Shown here: positions 18,570 to 28,130 of the stretch, piece after piece
Layout of the letters: each line of letters opens with the position of its first letter
How positions within the stretch are numbered: position 1 is the stretch's first letter
Virus record (IMG/VR): IMGVR_UViG_3300007513_000005
DNA: 64,000 nt
Direction: 5' to 3' (one strand)
Source of the DNA: a virus
The notes under the pieces: model-generated
The model's input: only the letters and a program-made list of their open reading frames with translations
What the model was told of the DNA's origin: nothing
The model's database searches: none
Program-made: the position numbers and the translations under genes

Positions 18570-20626
18570 ATACCCATGGCAAAATCATACCTGGAACCAT
18601 ATGATTCATCTATTACAATCCCAGAGACGTTCATGAACCCTGAAGGTGTTACATACGTTGCCTCCTGCTCAGATGATCCCAAACAAATGTCATCCAAGAT
18701 AGACATTAAGTCATCATACATTTGCTGTTGGTTGCGAGATAGTTCAAAAATAGTTCCATTGCCACTTGTCACATAGTCGTTCCAAACACGAGAGCGCCTT
18801 TCTGCGAAAGCATAAAACTTTAAGTTCGGAGTAGATTCAAGTGCTTCCAAGACTTGAGTTGCAGTGACAGTTGGAACCAAGTAGGACTGTGCATATTCAT
18901 CACTAAATAAGACAATAATCCTATCTGCGTTTGGTCTCCAGTTCACCTTGAAGAATTTTAATTCTGGGATTGAACCCATTCTATTGGCCCAAGTTGCTTG
19001 AGCAAAGTTATAGTTAACATTGCCAGAGATGTTTTGCAGAGCGAGTAAAATGGCATCCTTAAATTGCTCGTTGCCTGTCGAGTTGTCGAACTGCCCTACA
19101 TTGGAAAATGCTGTTAGGAACTGATCGAACTCAGTGATATTCGACTCCATAATAAGCATCTCTTGCGTGCCAGTAGGAGTAGGGGCTCCTTTAGGTCCAA
19201 CGATTAGTCCCCACTTCAATTTATCCTCTGCTGCAAAATTCTGAGCAAATCTATTCATTGCCATCCTCACTGCATTGATATAGTTCTCCATGGAACCAGA
19301 CCAGTCTACTAAAAATAAAATATCTGTCTCTGGAATTTCCTCTCCGTAGTCTACGATACCGTCACAGTCATCGTCAGCACCATTGCAGATTTCCTCCTGT
19401 GGTAAAGTTTCACCTCCACAAAAGTCAACGACTTGACCTTGTGTTGGGTGGTCTCCATACCACTGCCCTCTGTTACAAGACTGCTCTCCCATTTCGCAGA
19501 TTCCCACATTCAAGGTACCTTCAGGCCCAGTGTAGCAATCTCTAACAAGCTGTTCATCTATCAAACTATCACAGTCTTCATCGAAGTCGTTGCACATCTC
19601 AGGGTTTATGGCAACTCCTGCAAACTGATCGCACTCCTCACCAGGTTCTAACTCAGGAACCCAATGGCAAAGAGCAAAGCACTCGGTCATCTGAGTGATT
19701 TGGCACTCCTCATTAATACACTCGCAAGTCTTAAACCCCATACCACAAGTTAAGGGAGGTTCCATGCAGGGCACGAGCGCGCCCACTGACTCTGGTGGGC
19801 ATTGGCAGTTCAAACCTTCGTCAACTAGATTATCACAGTCATTATCCTCGCCATCGCAGGCTTCAGGTGCAGGTCTTTGAGCAGTGCAACCTATCCAGTT
19901 GCCGTTTGCACATATCTCTAAACCTGAGTTACAAGTAGTTGAACACTCTCTAATAAGTTGTTCGTCAGCTGAACCGTCGCAATCATTATCAAGTCCGTCG
20001 CAAATGTCTTCTGGAACCTGTCCACAACCACCGCAGGCATTTAACTGGTTTTCATCAACATTGCCATCGCAGTCGTTATCCTGGTTGTCACAAACCTCTT
20101 CCTCTTCAAAACAAGTAATACACTCTCCGTAGTAAAGTCTGCCCTTGTCACATTTAACTTCCTGTCTACCTGTGGTGCCATCTATTTCACAATCATAATA
20201 CATCGTGAAGTCTTCGTTTATCCCAGGAGGACAGTCGAATGCGTGTACACATTCAGATTCCTCTAAAATCTCTGCTGGTGGACAGTTTGGATCTCTGTTT
20301 CTATCACAGGGAATCAAATCTTCTCCACAAATGTCTAGGATTGCATATTTTGCCCGAATCTCTGTTCCCGTAGGTGGACAGTACCAAGTTTGGCGTTGGC
20401 AACAAGTCGGATTGCAGGTGCAATATAAATCATCAGTGTTCGCAAGATTAGCACAGGGGTCCACCCAAGCATCTACAGTGATATCTGGGATTTCAACAAT
20501 CTGAGTGTCAACAGAGGAATCAACAATCACCATTCTTTGTACATCTGGTGCTGGTGCAGTGCCGATGGGCGTCGAGTCTGTACAAGCAACAACAAATAGC
20601 ATACAGAACAAAATTCTACTTTTCAT
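18560..20626 (-). CDS. Cys-rich lipoprotein with five CDxxDxDCD metal-binding repeats and a C-terminal VWA domain
   Basis: LFVVAC lipobox; repeats EVCDNQDNDCDGNVDE, DICDGLDNDCDGSADE, EACDGEDNDCDNLVDE, EMCNDFDEDCDSLIDE, EICNGADDDCDGIVD; DILFLVDWSGSM MIDAS and IIVLFSDE. Confidence 0.88.
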   Translation of the reverse strand: MKSRILFCMLFVVACTDSTPIGTAPAPDVQRMVIVDSSVDTQIVEIPDITVDAWVDPCANLANTDDLYCTCNPTCCQRQTWYCPPTGTEIRAKYAILDICGEDLIPCDRNRDPNCPPAEILEESECVHAFDCPPGINEDFTMYYDCEIDGTTGRQEVKCDKGRLYYGECITCFEEEEVCDNQDNDCDGNVDENQLNACGGCGQVPEDICDGLDNDCDGSADEQLIRECSTTCNSGLEICANGNWIGCTAQRPAPEACDGEDNDCDNLVDEGLNCQCPPESVGALVPCMEPPLTCGMGFKTCECINEECQITQMTECFALCHWVPELEPGEECDQFAGVAINPEMCNDFDEDCDSLIDEQLVRDCYTGPEGTLNVGICEMGEQSCNRGQWYGDHPTQGQVVDFCGGETLPQEEICNGADDDCDGIVDYGEEIPETDILFLVDWSGSMENYINAVRMAMNRFAQNFAAEDKLKWGLIVGPKGAPTPTGTQEMLIMESNITEFDQFLTAFSNVGQFDNSTGNEQFKDAILLALQNISGNVNYNFAQATWANRMGSIPELKFFKVNWRPNADRIIVLFSDEYAQSYLVPTVTATQVLEALESTPNLKFYAFAERRSRVWNDYVTSGNGTIFELSRNQQQMYDDLMSILDDICLGSSEQEATYVTPSGFMNVSGIVIDESYGSRYDFAMGMCY

Positions 20627-20885
20627 TTTTGTTTCTCAACTTAAGGATTCCCTTTACTTCATTTAGGTCTTTTGAAGTTTCTTCGAGATCTGCTTGCGTC
20701 GATTCCAGAATCCTCAGTACAGTATCTGATTTTTCAATTATACGATCTATACTTTCATTGAGTGCTTGAGATTGAATCTTTGCTTCTCTCGCGCTCTCTT
20801 GACGCTCTGCCCCTTTATACTGATAAACCCCAAACAAACCCAAGGCAAAAACGCCATAGAATATAAAAATACTTCTTGTCTTCAT
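20616..20885 (-). CDS. N-anchored membrane coiled-coil protein
   Basis: TM segment IFIFYGVFALGLFGVY then heptads; GAGGAGG RBS favours the start at 20885. Confidence 0.65.
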   Translation of the reverse strand: MKTRSIFIFYGVFALGLFGVYQYKGAERQESAREAKIQSQALNESIDRIIEKSDTVLRILESTQADLEETSKDLNEVKGILKLRNKNEK

Positions 20886-20910
20886 GGTACCTCCTCGTAC
20901 GCTCCCTATC

Positions 20911-21393
20911 TCAACATCCATCTTCATCTAAGATAGATTTATATTTCTTCACAATCTTAATATAATGCATTCTATCATAAGAATTCTTCCAGCGCAAGCA
21001 GATCGTGCCAGTACTATAAAAGCACAACCCCTTGTTTACATTACCCTTGGCATAAACCCTTATATTGTAAGATAAGATTTGGGCGCCTACTTTTATTGAC
21101 ACTTTCGGGTTCTTCAACTGTTCGCAAGTGTATTTCCTATTTTTGGTTTCTGGTCCACCTGTCCATCTAGGTATTACCTGAGTGAGTCCGCATGCTCCCG
21201 CTGGCGAAGTGACCCACGGTACAAACGAACTCTCGGCCATAATTACGGCCGCCAAGAGAGATGGTTCAATGTCATTCTTTTCTGCTTCTGCAATTATTGT
21301 TGGAACATAAGAGCACGCTCTGCGTGATGAAGAATCTGTAAGTCCAAAACTGCTGCCGATAATTGCACAGAGTGCTAGCATTGAGACTGGCAT
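20911..21393 (-). CDS. Lytic transglycosylase (SLT) with N-terminal hydrophobic signal
   Basis: AVIMAESSF catalytic Glu, GACGLTQVIP, LKNPKVSIKVGAQIL. Confidence 0.9.
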   Translation of the reverse strand: MPVSMLALCAIIGSSFGLTDSSSRRACSYVPTIIAEAEKNDIEPSLLAAVIMAESSFVPWVTSPAGACGLTQVIPRWTGGPETKNRKYTCEQLKNPKVSIKVGAQILSYNIRVYAKGNVNKGLCFYSTGTICLRWKNSYDRMHYIKIVKKYKSILDEDGC

Positions 21394-22100
21394 TATCTCT
21401 CCTCCATCTTATTCAATATAAATGATTGTACTGAGTGTGGGAACAGACCCTCTACAATCTCCAGGCATGCCTCGGCAACCTGTTGGATCTCCCACTGGGC
21501 GCCCTCATGTGAGCGCAGCTGCACAAACTTAAGAAGGTTGTGTAAATTAACAGTTCCATAATATTTGGTGTATAAATTCTGAGGGAGGATACCTCTGGCC
21601 TGTTCCCTGCAGACACCCGCATCAAGCAGACTTTCAAACAACTTCAGACTCTCTGAGTGATGAGATTTTACCAAGTCTGCCGCTAGAGCGGAAACTGGAA
21701 ATCCTGACCTGTTGTATTCCAGTATTGGATTTGTTAATTTATCCTTACTCGCCTGTCTATTACTTTCGTGCTGGGTTCTAAATTCTCTAGGTTCATAGAA
21801 CTCCATATCTACAGCAGTATACCTTCTAGATATCTCATTGTATGCCCAAGTGCGGTGTCGATGATGCTGACTACGAATAAACAAAGGTACCGTGAACCTA
21901 AAAGTAACAGTGCAGTGCTCAAAAGGAGAAGAATGATTATGGGACATAAGATAATTGATGAGTTTGATGTCCTTCTCATCTACTTCTTCCTTTTCCGACC
22001 CAAAAGAGACCCGCGCTGCATTAACAACCGACAAATCTGAACCCATATGTGAAATGTATTCAACCGCACCTATATCGTCTCCATATAGTTCAATTCTCAT
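21393..22100 (-). CDS. thyX: FAD-dependent thymidylate synthase
   Basis: HSSPFEH, RHRTWAYNEISRRY ThyX motif; AGGAGG RBS favours the start at 22100. Confidence 0.97.
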   Translation of the reverse strand: MRIELYGDDIGAVEYISHMGSDLSVVNAARVSFGSEKEEVDEKDIKLINYLMSHNHSSPFEHCTVTFRFTVPLFIRSQHHRHRTWAYNEISRRYTAVDMEFYEPREFRTQHESNRQASKDKLTNPILEYNRSGFPVSALAADLVKSHHSESLKLFESLLDAGVCREQARGILPQNLYTKYYGTVNLHNLLKFVQLRSHEGAQWEIQQVAEACLEIVEGLFPHSVQSFILNKMEER

Positions 22101-22410
22101 TCGGCCTCCTGTAGATCCCAACTACATAGTTTTCTAAAATCATGTAGTGTGTTCTACCACCTGCTTCAACTTCCTCAATCATAGACTTGTCAACAACAAT
22201 CTCTTTCGGTCCGATTCTGTTAAACTTCAACTCATGAAAGTCCTTCTTACAATCAGAAGCAACATCCACTACGGTTGCCTTGATGAACCTGGACTCTTCT
22301 TGCTTGAAATCATCTGGTAAAATTACACCAGTGTCCGTCTTCTCTTCCTTGTAGTGTGGCACAATTGCAATGTGTCTGTTGACAGGTTTCAGCATCATCA
22401 AATCAGTCAT
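22090..22410 (-). CDS. groES: Co-chaperonin GroES (divergent)
   Basis: LKPVNRHIAI, KTDTGVILP mobile loop, YMILENYVVGI. Confidence 0.82.
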   Translation of the reverse strand: MTDLMMLKPVNRHIAIVPHYKEEKTDTGVILPDDFKQEESRFIKATVVDVASDCKKDFHELKFNRIGPKEIVVDKSMIEEVEAGGRTHYMILENYVVGIYRRPNEN

Positions 22411-22675
22411 CGGCGCCTCCGAAGTTTTGCTTTAGGTGGTTAAAGTAATCGGTAATCATCTCAAGGTCATCACCTTGCTTTAACATTCGATATACCTTGA
22501 CCGCCATACGCATGTCTTCTTTGGTCAACCAATCGTTCTCAGCATAACTGGATCTTAGGTCTTTCAGATGCTCCTTGAGAGGTTGCATCTCCTCTTCAAT
22601 GGCAACAAATGCCTTAATAAATTTGACGATGTGCTCGTCCTTTGTCATATGATCTTCTTCTTTATCACCAAACAT
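22403..22675 (-). CDS. Small helical DNA-binding protein (GapR/DUF2312/T4 DsbA-like)
   Basis: FIKAFVAIEEE..LKEHLKDLRSSY..KEDMRMAVKVYRM coiled pattern. Confidence 0.55.
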   Translation of the reverse strand: MFGDKEEDHMTKDEHIVKFIKAFVAIEEEMQPLKEHLKDLRSSYAENDWLTKEDMRMAVKVYRMLKQGDDLEMITDYFNHLKQNFGGADD

Positions 22676-22701
22676 AGTAACTCCTTTCCATTGGTAGAAT
22701 A

Positions 22702-22730
22702 ATAATACTAAATTATATCAATTAATGCAA
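22702..22730 (-). promoter_or_regulatory. sigma70-type promoter
   Basis: TTGCAT-17 nt-TATTAT upstream of ORF 22675. Confidence 0.6.
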
Positions 22731-22762
22731 GTGTTTTTTCAAACAAAATGAAATAAAATTAT

Positions 22763-22834
22763 TTAAGATTGAAGGGGCGGAAACATGTACCATACGTAGA
22801 TGATGGCCGCTTGCAACAACAGTAACCTTGCCAT
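22763..22834 (-). CDS. Candidate 23-aa hydrophobic micropeptide
   Basis: Manual translation MARLLLLQAAIIYVWYMFPPLQS; AGGAGG 11 nt upstream; starts 3 nt after the transporter stop. Confidence 0.35.
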   Translation of the reverse strand: MARLLLLQAAIIYVWYMFPPLQS

Positions 22835-22837
22835 CGT

Positions 22838-23773
22838 TCACGACACCTCCTGAACCAGTAACACAATAATGATCGAAACGGACAGTCCCAACATCATCTT
22901 CATGAAGTCCTTGGCGACAAGAGGAAAGACCTTTTTCACCTTTCTATCCATTCTCGTTGCAATGGCGAGTTCACGACCACAAAGCAACCCTACAAACACC
23001 CACGTTGTGCTCATGGGAATGTTGTTCATCTGCTTTAGGTACAGTAAGATAAAAGCATAAACCGCATCGATGATTGTGGCCGAGCGCACATAAGACGTAG
23101 AGGATTTCTCAATTACTATCTGCTGTATCTTGCCACCCTTGGTATAAAAGACATACCCCAACACAGACACCAATAACACAAGCACGCCTGACAAGAACTC
23201 TACGCTCATCTGTCTTGGTGCGAACACTGCTATGTTCGCGAGGTCATGACTTAGCCAAGTGAACCATAAGAATCCCGTTGTACCCCACTGGGCGATGCGC
23301 CAGGCACGTTCATGGTCTGGTTTAACCTTCTTCTTTTCGTCTAAGTATTTGGACAGAATCATCCAAAACCCGTAAGCTACAGTTGCTGCTATGGCATATC
23401 CAAGGACACTCTTAACCAACATCTTCTCAAAAACAACAGTACTAGCAAAGGCGGATAACACCAAGAATGTCGTAGAGACTGGAATGCCATATCTTGTCAG
23501 CAACAGTAAAACACCTGGTGCTAATGCATGGTACCACTCAACTGTTACGAAAGGTATCTTCTCTAGGCGTCCGAAGGATATGTCTCCTCCATATGCAAAC
23601 CAACTGTACAAAACAGTCGCAACAAGCACTGATGAGGCAGCTGCCCACAGTTTCCACCATGGCGTCTTCTTATTCGACACCATAAACGTTCCCAAGGTTT
23701 GAACGGCATCGTTACTCATAACCGCTGTGCCAGCAAGGGTGATCCCAACAAGGGGCAAAATCATCTCTAACAT
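22838..23773 (-). CDS. PiT/PHO4-like phosphate (or sulfate) permease
   Basis: Multi-TM; two inverted-repeat signatures SNDAVQTLG and SHDLANIA resemble GxNDxAN. Confidence 0.65.
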   Translation of the reverse strand: MLEMILPLVGITLAGTAVMSNDAVQTLGTFMVSNKKTPWWKLWAAASSVLVATVLYSWFAYGGDISFGRLEKIPFVTVEWYHALAPGVLLLLTRYGIPVSTTFLVLSAFASTVVFEKMLVKSVLGYAIAATVAYGFWMILSKYLDEKKKVKPDHERAWRIAQWGTTGFLWFTWLSHDLANIAVFAPRQMSVEFLSGVLVLLVSVLGYVFYTKGGKIQQIVIEKSSTSYVRSATIIDAVYAFILLYLKQMNNIPMSTTWVFVGLLCGRELAIATRMDRKVKKVFPLVAKDFMKMMLGLSVSIIIVLLVQEVS

Positions 23774-23863
23774 TTCTATAAACTCCTTTTAACTTGGATA
23801 AGTATACTCTATGTTAGAGATGTTGTTGTGCCATTTGTGTGAAGTGTTTGAGACAAGCAGGAG

Positions 23864-25726
23864 TCAAACAAACTTAATTTCACAAGCTCCGCCAGCGCAG
23901 GCAATTTCGCCCTGCAGATCTGTATTGTCTTCCTCTTCAACAACCTTTGAGAGGTCAACCTTAGTGAGGGATGCCATCATCGCTTCATAGGTCTCCTCTG
24001 CGCAGTCTTCGAAGGGTGCCTGGGTGTACGTTCCACCATCGTATGGCAGCACTGACAGTCCATTATAACTGTTCCTATTTTCCCACATCCATTCACCGAC
24101 GTCGACCCACTCAGCGTCCTTGATCGACACAGTTGCAGAAATATTGTGAGTATTCTGACCCTTTCGGAAACCTGGCTTTACCCATTCGTCCGTCACCTGC
24201 TTTACTCTCTTAAGCAACTGAAGAGCAGACTCTGTTCTCATTATAGCACCTTCTGGGGCTCGCTGAGGGATGGAGATAACTGCCGTACTGTGTGGGCTAA
24301 AGTACTCGTCTTCAACCAACTCAGGATGATTCTTCGCCAAGTAAGAATAAATCGGTTCATTCTTGCCAACACGAATACGACGAACATAAAAATCATTGTG
24401 CCAAGCATGAATACCAGAGGAAGTACCAAGCGCAAGACTTGTGGTACCAGCTGGTTTAACACATGTTGTTCTAGCTGCTGGTTTTACACCAATCAACTCT
24501 GCGACTCTAGCATTCTCCTTCTTGACAGTAGCGGCAGCTGCCTTCATATCCAAAAGAAGAACCTTGCCAGATGCAATACCCGTCATCGATACGCCAATGA
24601 GTGCATCTTTCTCTGTTGTTCTTCTCCATACGTCTCTAAGATAATGAAAATCAGTGTAACTCGCCTGAAGTGTTCCGATAAAACTAGCAGCGCGGACTCT
24701 GCTCTCCAAGTCCTCCTGCCCTTCCAAATCAGATACATTTACCTCAGTCAAATTACAAAACTGATACGGTCGGAGACCTATTTCACAGCAAGGGTTAGTG
24801 CCCCAGTCCTTATCATTGGAGAAGTAAAACCCAGGTTCTCCTGCCCCTGATGCTTTGACTCGGTCCCACAAATTCATAAAATATTCTTTATCAATCTTGT
24901 GTCTCAATAATACAACTGAGTTGTTTGCACGTCCTCTCTGTGGGTTTGTCTCCCACCAGTTGCCAGTCTTAGCAGAGATCATCTCCTCGTCGTCTGCTGA
25001 GAATAGCGATATAAGCGCTGCCCTGCGGATACCTCCCGCAAGTACAGCGTCTGCGATATGGCAAACCATATCGTGAACTTCAATAGAAGAAAGTTTGTCA
25101 CCGCTCTCCTTTTCAGATAACATACCTTCCAACTTCACAAGACACTCTCTTAGTGGTTGTGGTCCAGGTGCTTTGCCTCCCGATGTTACGAGTGCCGCGC
25201 CTTTTGGACGGATGTCTGTATAATCAAATCTAAGTCTAGAACCTCCATTGAAATAGGAACGAACCAATGCCTTTACAGCATCTGCCCAACCTTCAATAGA
25301 GTCGTTGACCAAAAACCTTCGTGTTCTTTTCATGTTTGGTCTAGTAATTTCTGGTAGTTTTTCGACGTGATGCTTTTGAACACTATATCCAACACCCGTA
25401 CCACCAAGCAGCAAGAACATCGCCTCGCCGAATGATCGCCAATCATCGATTGGCATGAAAGCGCAGTTAAAAATCCTGTTAGGAGCAACCTCAATTGGTT
25501 TGCCGCCAAACTGCAGGGACCTCATAGAAGGCAAAACCTTCTTGTCAAACACCAACTTATAATTTTTTCTAATCTGCAACTCTAGTTCTGGAAACTTCTT
25601 TAAGTGCATCTCCATATTTCTTGTAACCAGTTCATGCCACGTCTCTCTCCTGTTCTTTTCTGGCACATACTTGGCATATTTCATGTGCACAGTTATTTCT
25701 GACAAAATGTCATTTGATAAACTCAC
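23864..25726 (-). CDS. nrdJ: Class II (B12-dependent, monomeric RTPR-type) ribonucleotide reductase
   Basis: NCAF, TNPCCEI, TCVKPAGT, C-terminal CAGGAC; no beta subunit nearby. Confidence 0.93.
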   Translation of the reverse strand: MSLSNDILSEITVHMKYAKYVPEKNRRETWHELVTRNMEMHLKKFPELELQIRKNYKLVFDKKVLPSMRSLQFGGKPIEVAPNRIFNCAFMPIDDWRSFGEAMFLLLGGTGVGYSVQKHHVEKLPEITRPNMKRTRRFLVNDSIEGWADAVKALVRSYFNGGSRLRFDYTDIRPKGAALVTSGGKAPGPQPLRECLVKLEGMLSEKESGDKLSSIEVHDMVCHIADAVLAGGIRRAALISLFSADDEEMISAKTGNWWETNPQRGRANNSVVLLRHKIDKEYFMNLWDRVKASGAGEPGFYFSNDKDWGTNPCCEIGLRPYQFCNLTEVNVSDLEGQEDLESRVRAASFIGTLQASYTDFHYLRDVWRRTTEKDALIGVSMTGIASGKVLLLDMKAAAATVKKENARVAELIGVKPAARTTCVKPAGTTSLALGTSSGIHAWHNDFYVRRIRVGKNEPIYSYLAKNHPELVEDEYFSPHSTAVISIPQRAPEGAIMRTESALQLLKRVKQVTDEWVKPGFRKGQNTHNISATVSIKDAEWVDVGEWMWENRNSYNGLSVLPYDGGTYTQAPFEDCAEETYEAMMASLTKVDLSKVVEEEDNTDLQGEIACAGGACEIKFV

Positions 25727-27105
25727 TTCTTCGACCCTCCTTTAAACTCTTTATACTTTTCATTCAATAATTTCTTTTGTTTCTTTGCTGCATCTTTAAC
25801 AATATCTTCCATCTCCTCTTGCGTCATCGCCTTCGGCAAGACCTTGATTTTGACATTAGCAGTATCCATAAATATGGGGTATATCATACCATCGGGACCA
25901 TTTCTGTTCTTTGCGATGTAAATTCTTCCACTATTGGTATTTTTGTCCTCAACAGTTCTTGAGACAGAGAAAATAAAATCCGCGACGAAGCACTTATTGA
26001 ATGCTTCAGATATTGACTCCATAGTAATAACCTCTGCATTGAGACCAGACCGATTAGTCTGGGAGGCGGTCCAAATTGGGCAACCGACCTCCTGTGAAAT
26101 GCCACGCAATTCTTCATAAATAGCCTCAAGTTGGTGTCTTTTCTCTTCTTTTGAGGATCCCTCTGGTTTTATCAAGTCAGCATAATCTACAATAATTAGA
26201 TCTGGAACAAACTCCTGGTTTTTCATCTTCTCGATGTGGTTCTTTATCGTCTGGATAGTAGCTGACCTAGTAGGATACTCTTTTACGATGAGTTTACCTT
26301 TTAAATCCTTCAAGTCATCGTAAATCTGTTCCTTGAATGCTGTTATGTCATTGAGATGATACCCAGTAATGCAACTATCATATCTATTGGCGACAACAGT
26401 GTCAGCCAACTCTAGAGTGTAGTGCACCACATTCTTTCCTTCCTGCAGCGCTTTAGATCCAAGATGAACTAGCACCATGGACTTGCCAGCACCTGTTGGT
26501 GCAATCACAACACCAAGTTCACCCTTTCCAAGCCCACCTTTAGAGATATCGTCAAGTGGATCCCACCCAGTAGTAACTGGATTTCTTGCCTTCTTTTCAA
26601 ATCGCTGTTCAAAATCCTCCATATAATCATACCCGAGGTCATTTGAGGTTCCTAGTTTGATTGCATCGTTGATTACTTTTGCAACCTGGTCAAACGATGA
26701 CTTCTTTAACAGCGGAACACACCTGATCATCGCTTCTTGTAACTTCTGCTTCTTACAGAAGTCAAGGGCAGTATCCTTTATATATCCAGACTCTGAATGG
26801 TTGATTTCTTGAGACAATACCCTAGCATAATAATCCCTCAACATCTTCTGCACAGAGTCTTGCTCCTCAGTGATGCCAGTTCGCAATATGCTGGTCATTA
26901 TCTTTCTAGTGGGGTGTACGCCATACTTTTTCTTATACCCCTTGATCTTGTTAACAAAGACTCTGAGATAAGTTAATTCAAGGAAATTTATGTCCAAGAC
27001 CTCAAAGATCTGATCCGCAAAGGGACGATCATCCAAGATTAAGTGGCACAGGTTTTCTTGAAAGTTCTTTCCGAACTTAGAGAAGTCTTGATTCATTTTA
27101 TCCAT
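25723..27105 (-). CDS. dnaB: Replicative DnaB/gp41-like helicase
   Basis: APTGAGKS, IIVDYADL, TASQTNR, IAKNRNGP. Confidence 0.95.
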   Translation of the reverse strand: MDKMNQDFSKFGKNFQENLCHLILDDRPFADQIFEVLDINFLELTYLRVFVNKIKGYKKKYGVHPTRKIMTSILRTGITEEQDSVQKMLRDYYARVLSQEINHSESGYIKDTALDFCKKQKLQEAMIRCVPLLKKSSFDQVAKVINDAIKLGTSNDLGYDYMEDFEQRFEKKARNPVTTGWDPLDDISKGGLGKGELGVVIAPTGAGKSMVLVHLGSKALQEGKNVVHYTLELADTVVANRYDSCITGYHLNDITAFKEQIYDDLKDLKGKLIVKEYPTRSATIQTIKNHIEKMKNQEFVPDLIIVDYADLIKPEGSSKEEKRHQLEAIYEELRGISQEVGCPIWTASQTNRSGLNAEVITMESISEAFNKCFVADFIFSVSRTVEDKNTNSGRIYIAKNRNGPDGMIYPIFMDTANVKIKVLPKAMTQEEMEDIVKDAAKKQKKLLNEKYKEFKGGSKK

Positions 27106-28073
27106 TAGTTATAACTTACTCCTGATTCGATCATCGCATTGAATGTAGTCTTCAAGCAATCGATATTCAGGGAAGTCGCACCATCAACAGACATCATCTT
27201 GTTTATCTCGGTCTTGTTGAACATGGGTTTATATTCCTCAAAGGTTGAATTAATAAAGTTGGCACATTGAATGGAGATGAGCGGTGTACTCAGCTGCATT
27301 ATAGAGTAATTATCGCACACCTTCTTGTAATCGTCAATTACTTTATGATAAATTGCAAGTTTAGATTCTTCCCGCTCAGAATGCTCCTTGAGATCACTCA
27401 AATAGTAATCCCTCTCTTCGGAAAGAAACGGAAATGCCTTAGCAACAGTCTTAAGTCCAACACCCTGGAGTCCATCGATGTTGTCACTCTTGTCTCCAAC
27501 CATCGCCCTGGCAAGGGCAAAGTTACAGGGATGGATAGAATGTTCTTCCAGCACTCTGCTAGTATTTAGAATCTGATCCTGTGTTGGTCTCAACAGGAGC
27601 GTCCTATCGTCCAACAGCTGTATAAAATCCTTATCACTAGACACAACAACCTTTCGCCATTCCTGAAAGAGTGGCATTGATTTGACGTAAGCAATTACAT
27701 CGTCCGCTTCGACATTTGGTTGCCTAAACTGGATGATGGGAGTTTGGTTAACGTACTCAATACACCTAACCTGCTGCCAAATCTTATTTGTGTGAATCTC
27801 TGCAGGATTCATAGACTGGGACCATCGATTTAATTTCGGCGGCTTTCTACCTACCTTATAGTTCTTGTTCTGTTGTCGTCTTTTATTAGATCCATTGTCA
27901 CCATCCCACACAACAACCAAAAGGTCGGGTTTGATCTGTCGGCACAACTTATTCATCGTTTGCAGAAAACCAACCACACCTCCGATGGGGTCGCCATTGG
28001 GTGACATAGTGGGATTAACAATGTAGGATCTCATAAACTGGTTTTGCGCATCTACCAGCATTAACCTCTTCAT
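27105..28073 (-). CDS. 5'-3' exonuclease / flap nuclease (PolI N-terminal, T4 RNase H-like)
   Basis: LVDAQN, VWDG, EADDVI, SSDKDFIQL, GDKSDNIDG. Confidence 0.93.
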   Translation of the reverse strand: MKRLMLVDAQNQFMRSYIVNPTMSPNGDPIGGVVGFLQTMNKLCRQIKPDLLVVVWDGDNGSNKRRQQNKNYKVGRKPPKLNRWSQSMNPAEIHTNKIWQQVRCIEYVNQTPIIQFRQPNVEADDVIAYVKSMPLFQEWRKVVVSSDKDFIQLLDDRTLLLRPTQDQILNTSRVLEEHSIHPCNFALARAMVGDKSDNIDGLQGVGLKTVAKAFPFLSEERDYYLSDLKEHSEREESKLAIYHKVIDDYKKVCDNYSIMQLSTPLISIQCANFINSTFEEYKPMFNKTEINKMMSVDGATSLNIDCLKTTFNAMIESGVSYN

Positions 28074-28086
28074 ATAACTCCTTAGT

Positions 28087-28115
28087 AAAAAAAACCCCCT
28101 GCTTTCACAGGGGGT
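28087..28115 (-). terminator. Rho-independent terminator after recA
   Basis: CCCCCTG/CAGGGGG stem followed by T8 on the minus strand. Confidence 0.85.
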
Positions 28116-28130
28116 CGACCGAACACTATG

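Noticed and set aside
23780-23860. TGGCAC element upstream of the PiT-like gene as a sigma54 promoter or Pho box
   Set aside because: No TTGC at the -12 position and no clear 11-bp direct repeats
24146-24850. 234-aa plus-strand ORF
   Set aside because: Entirely antisense to the RNR gene, no recognisable motifs; shadow ORF
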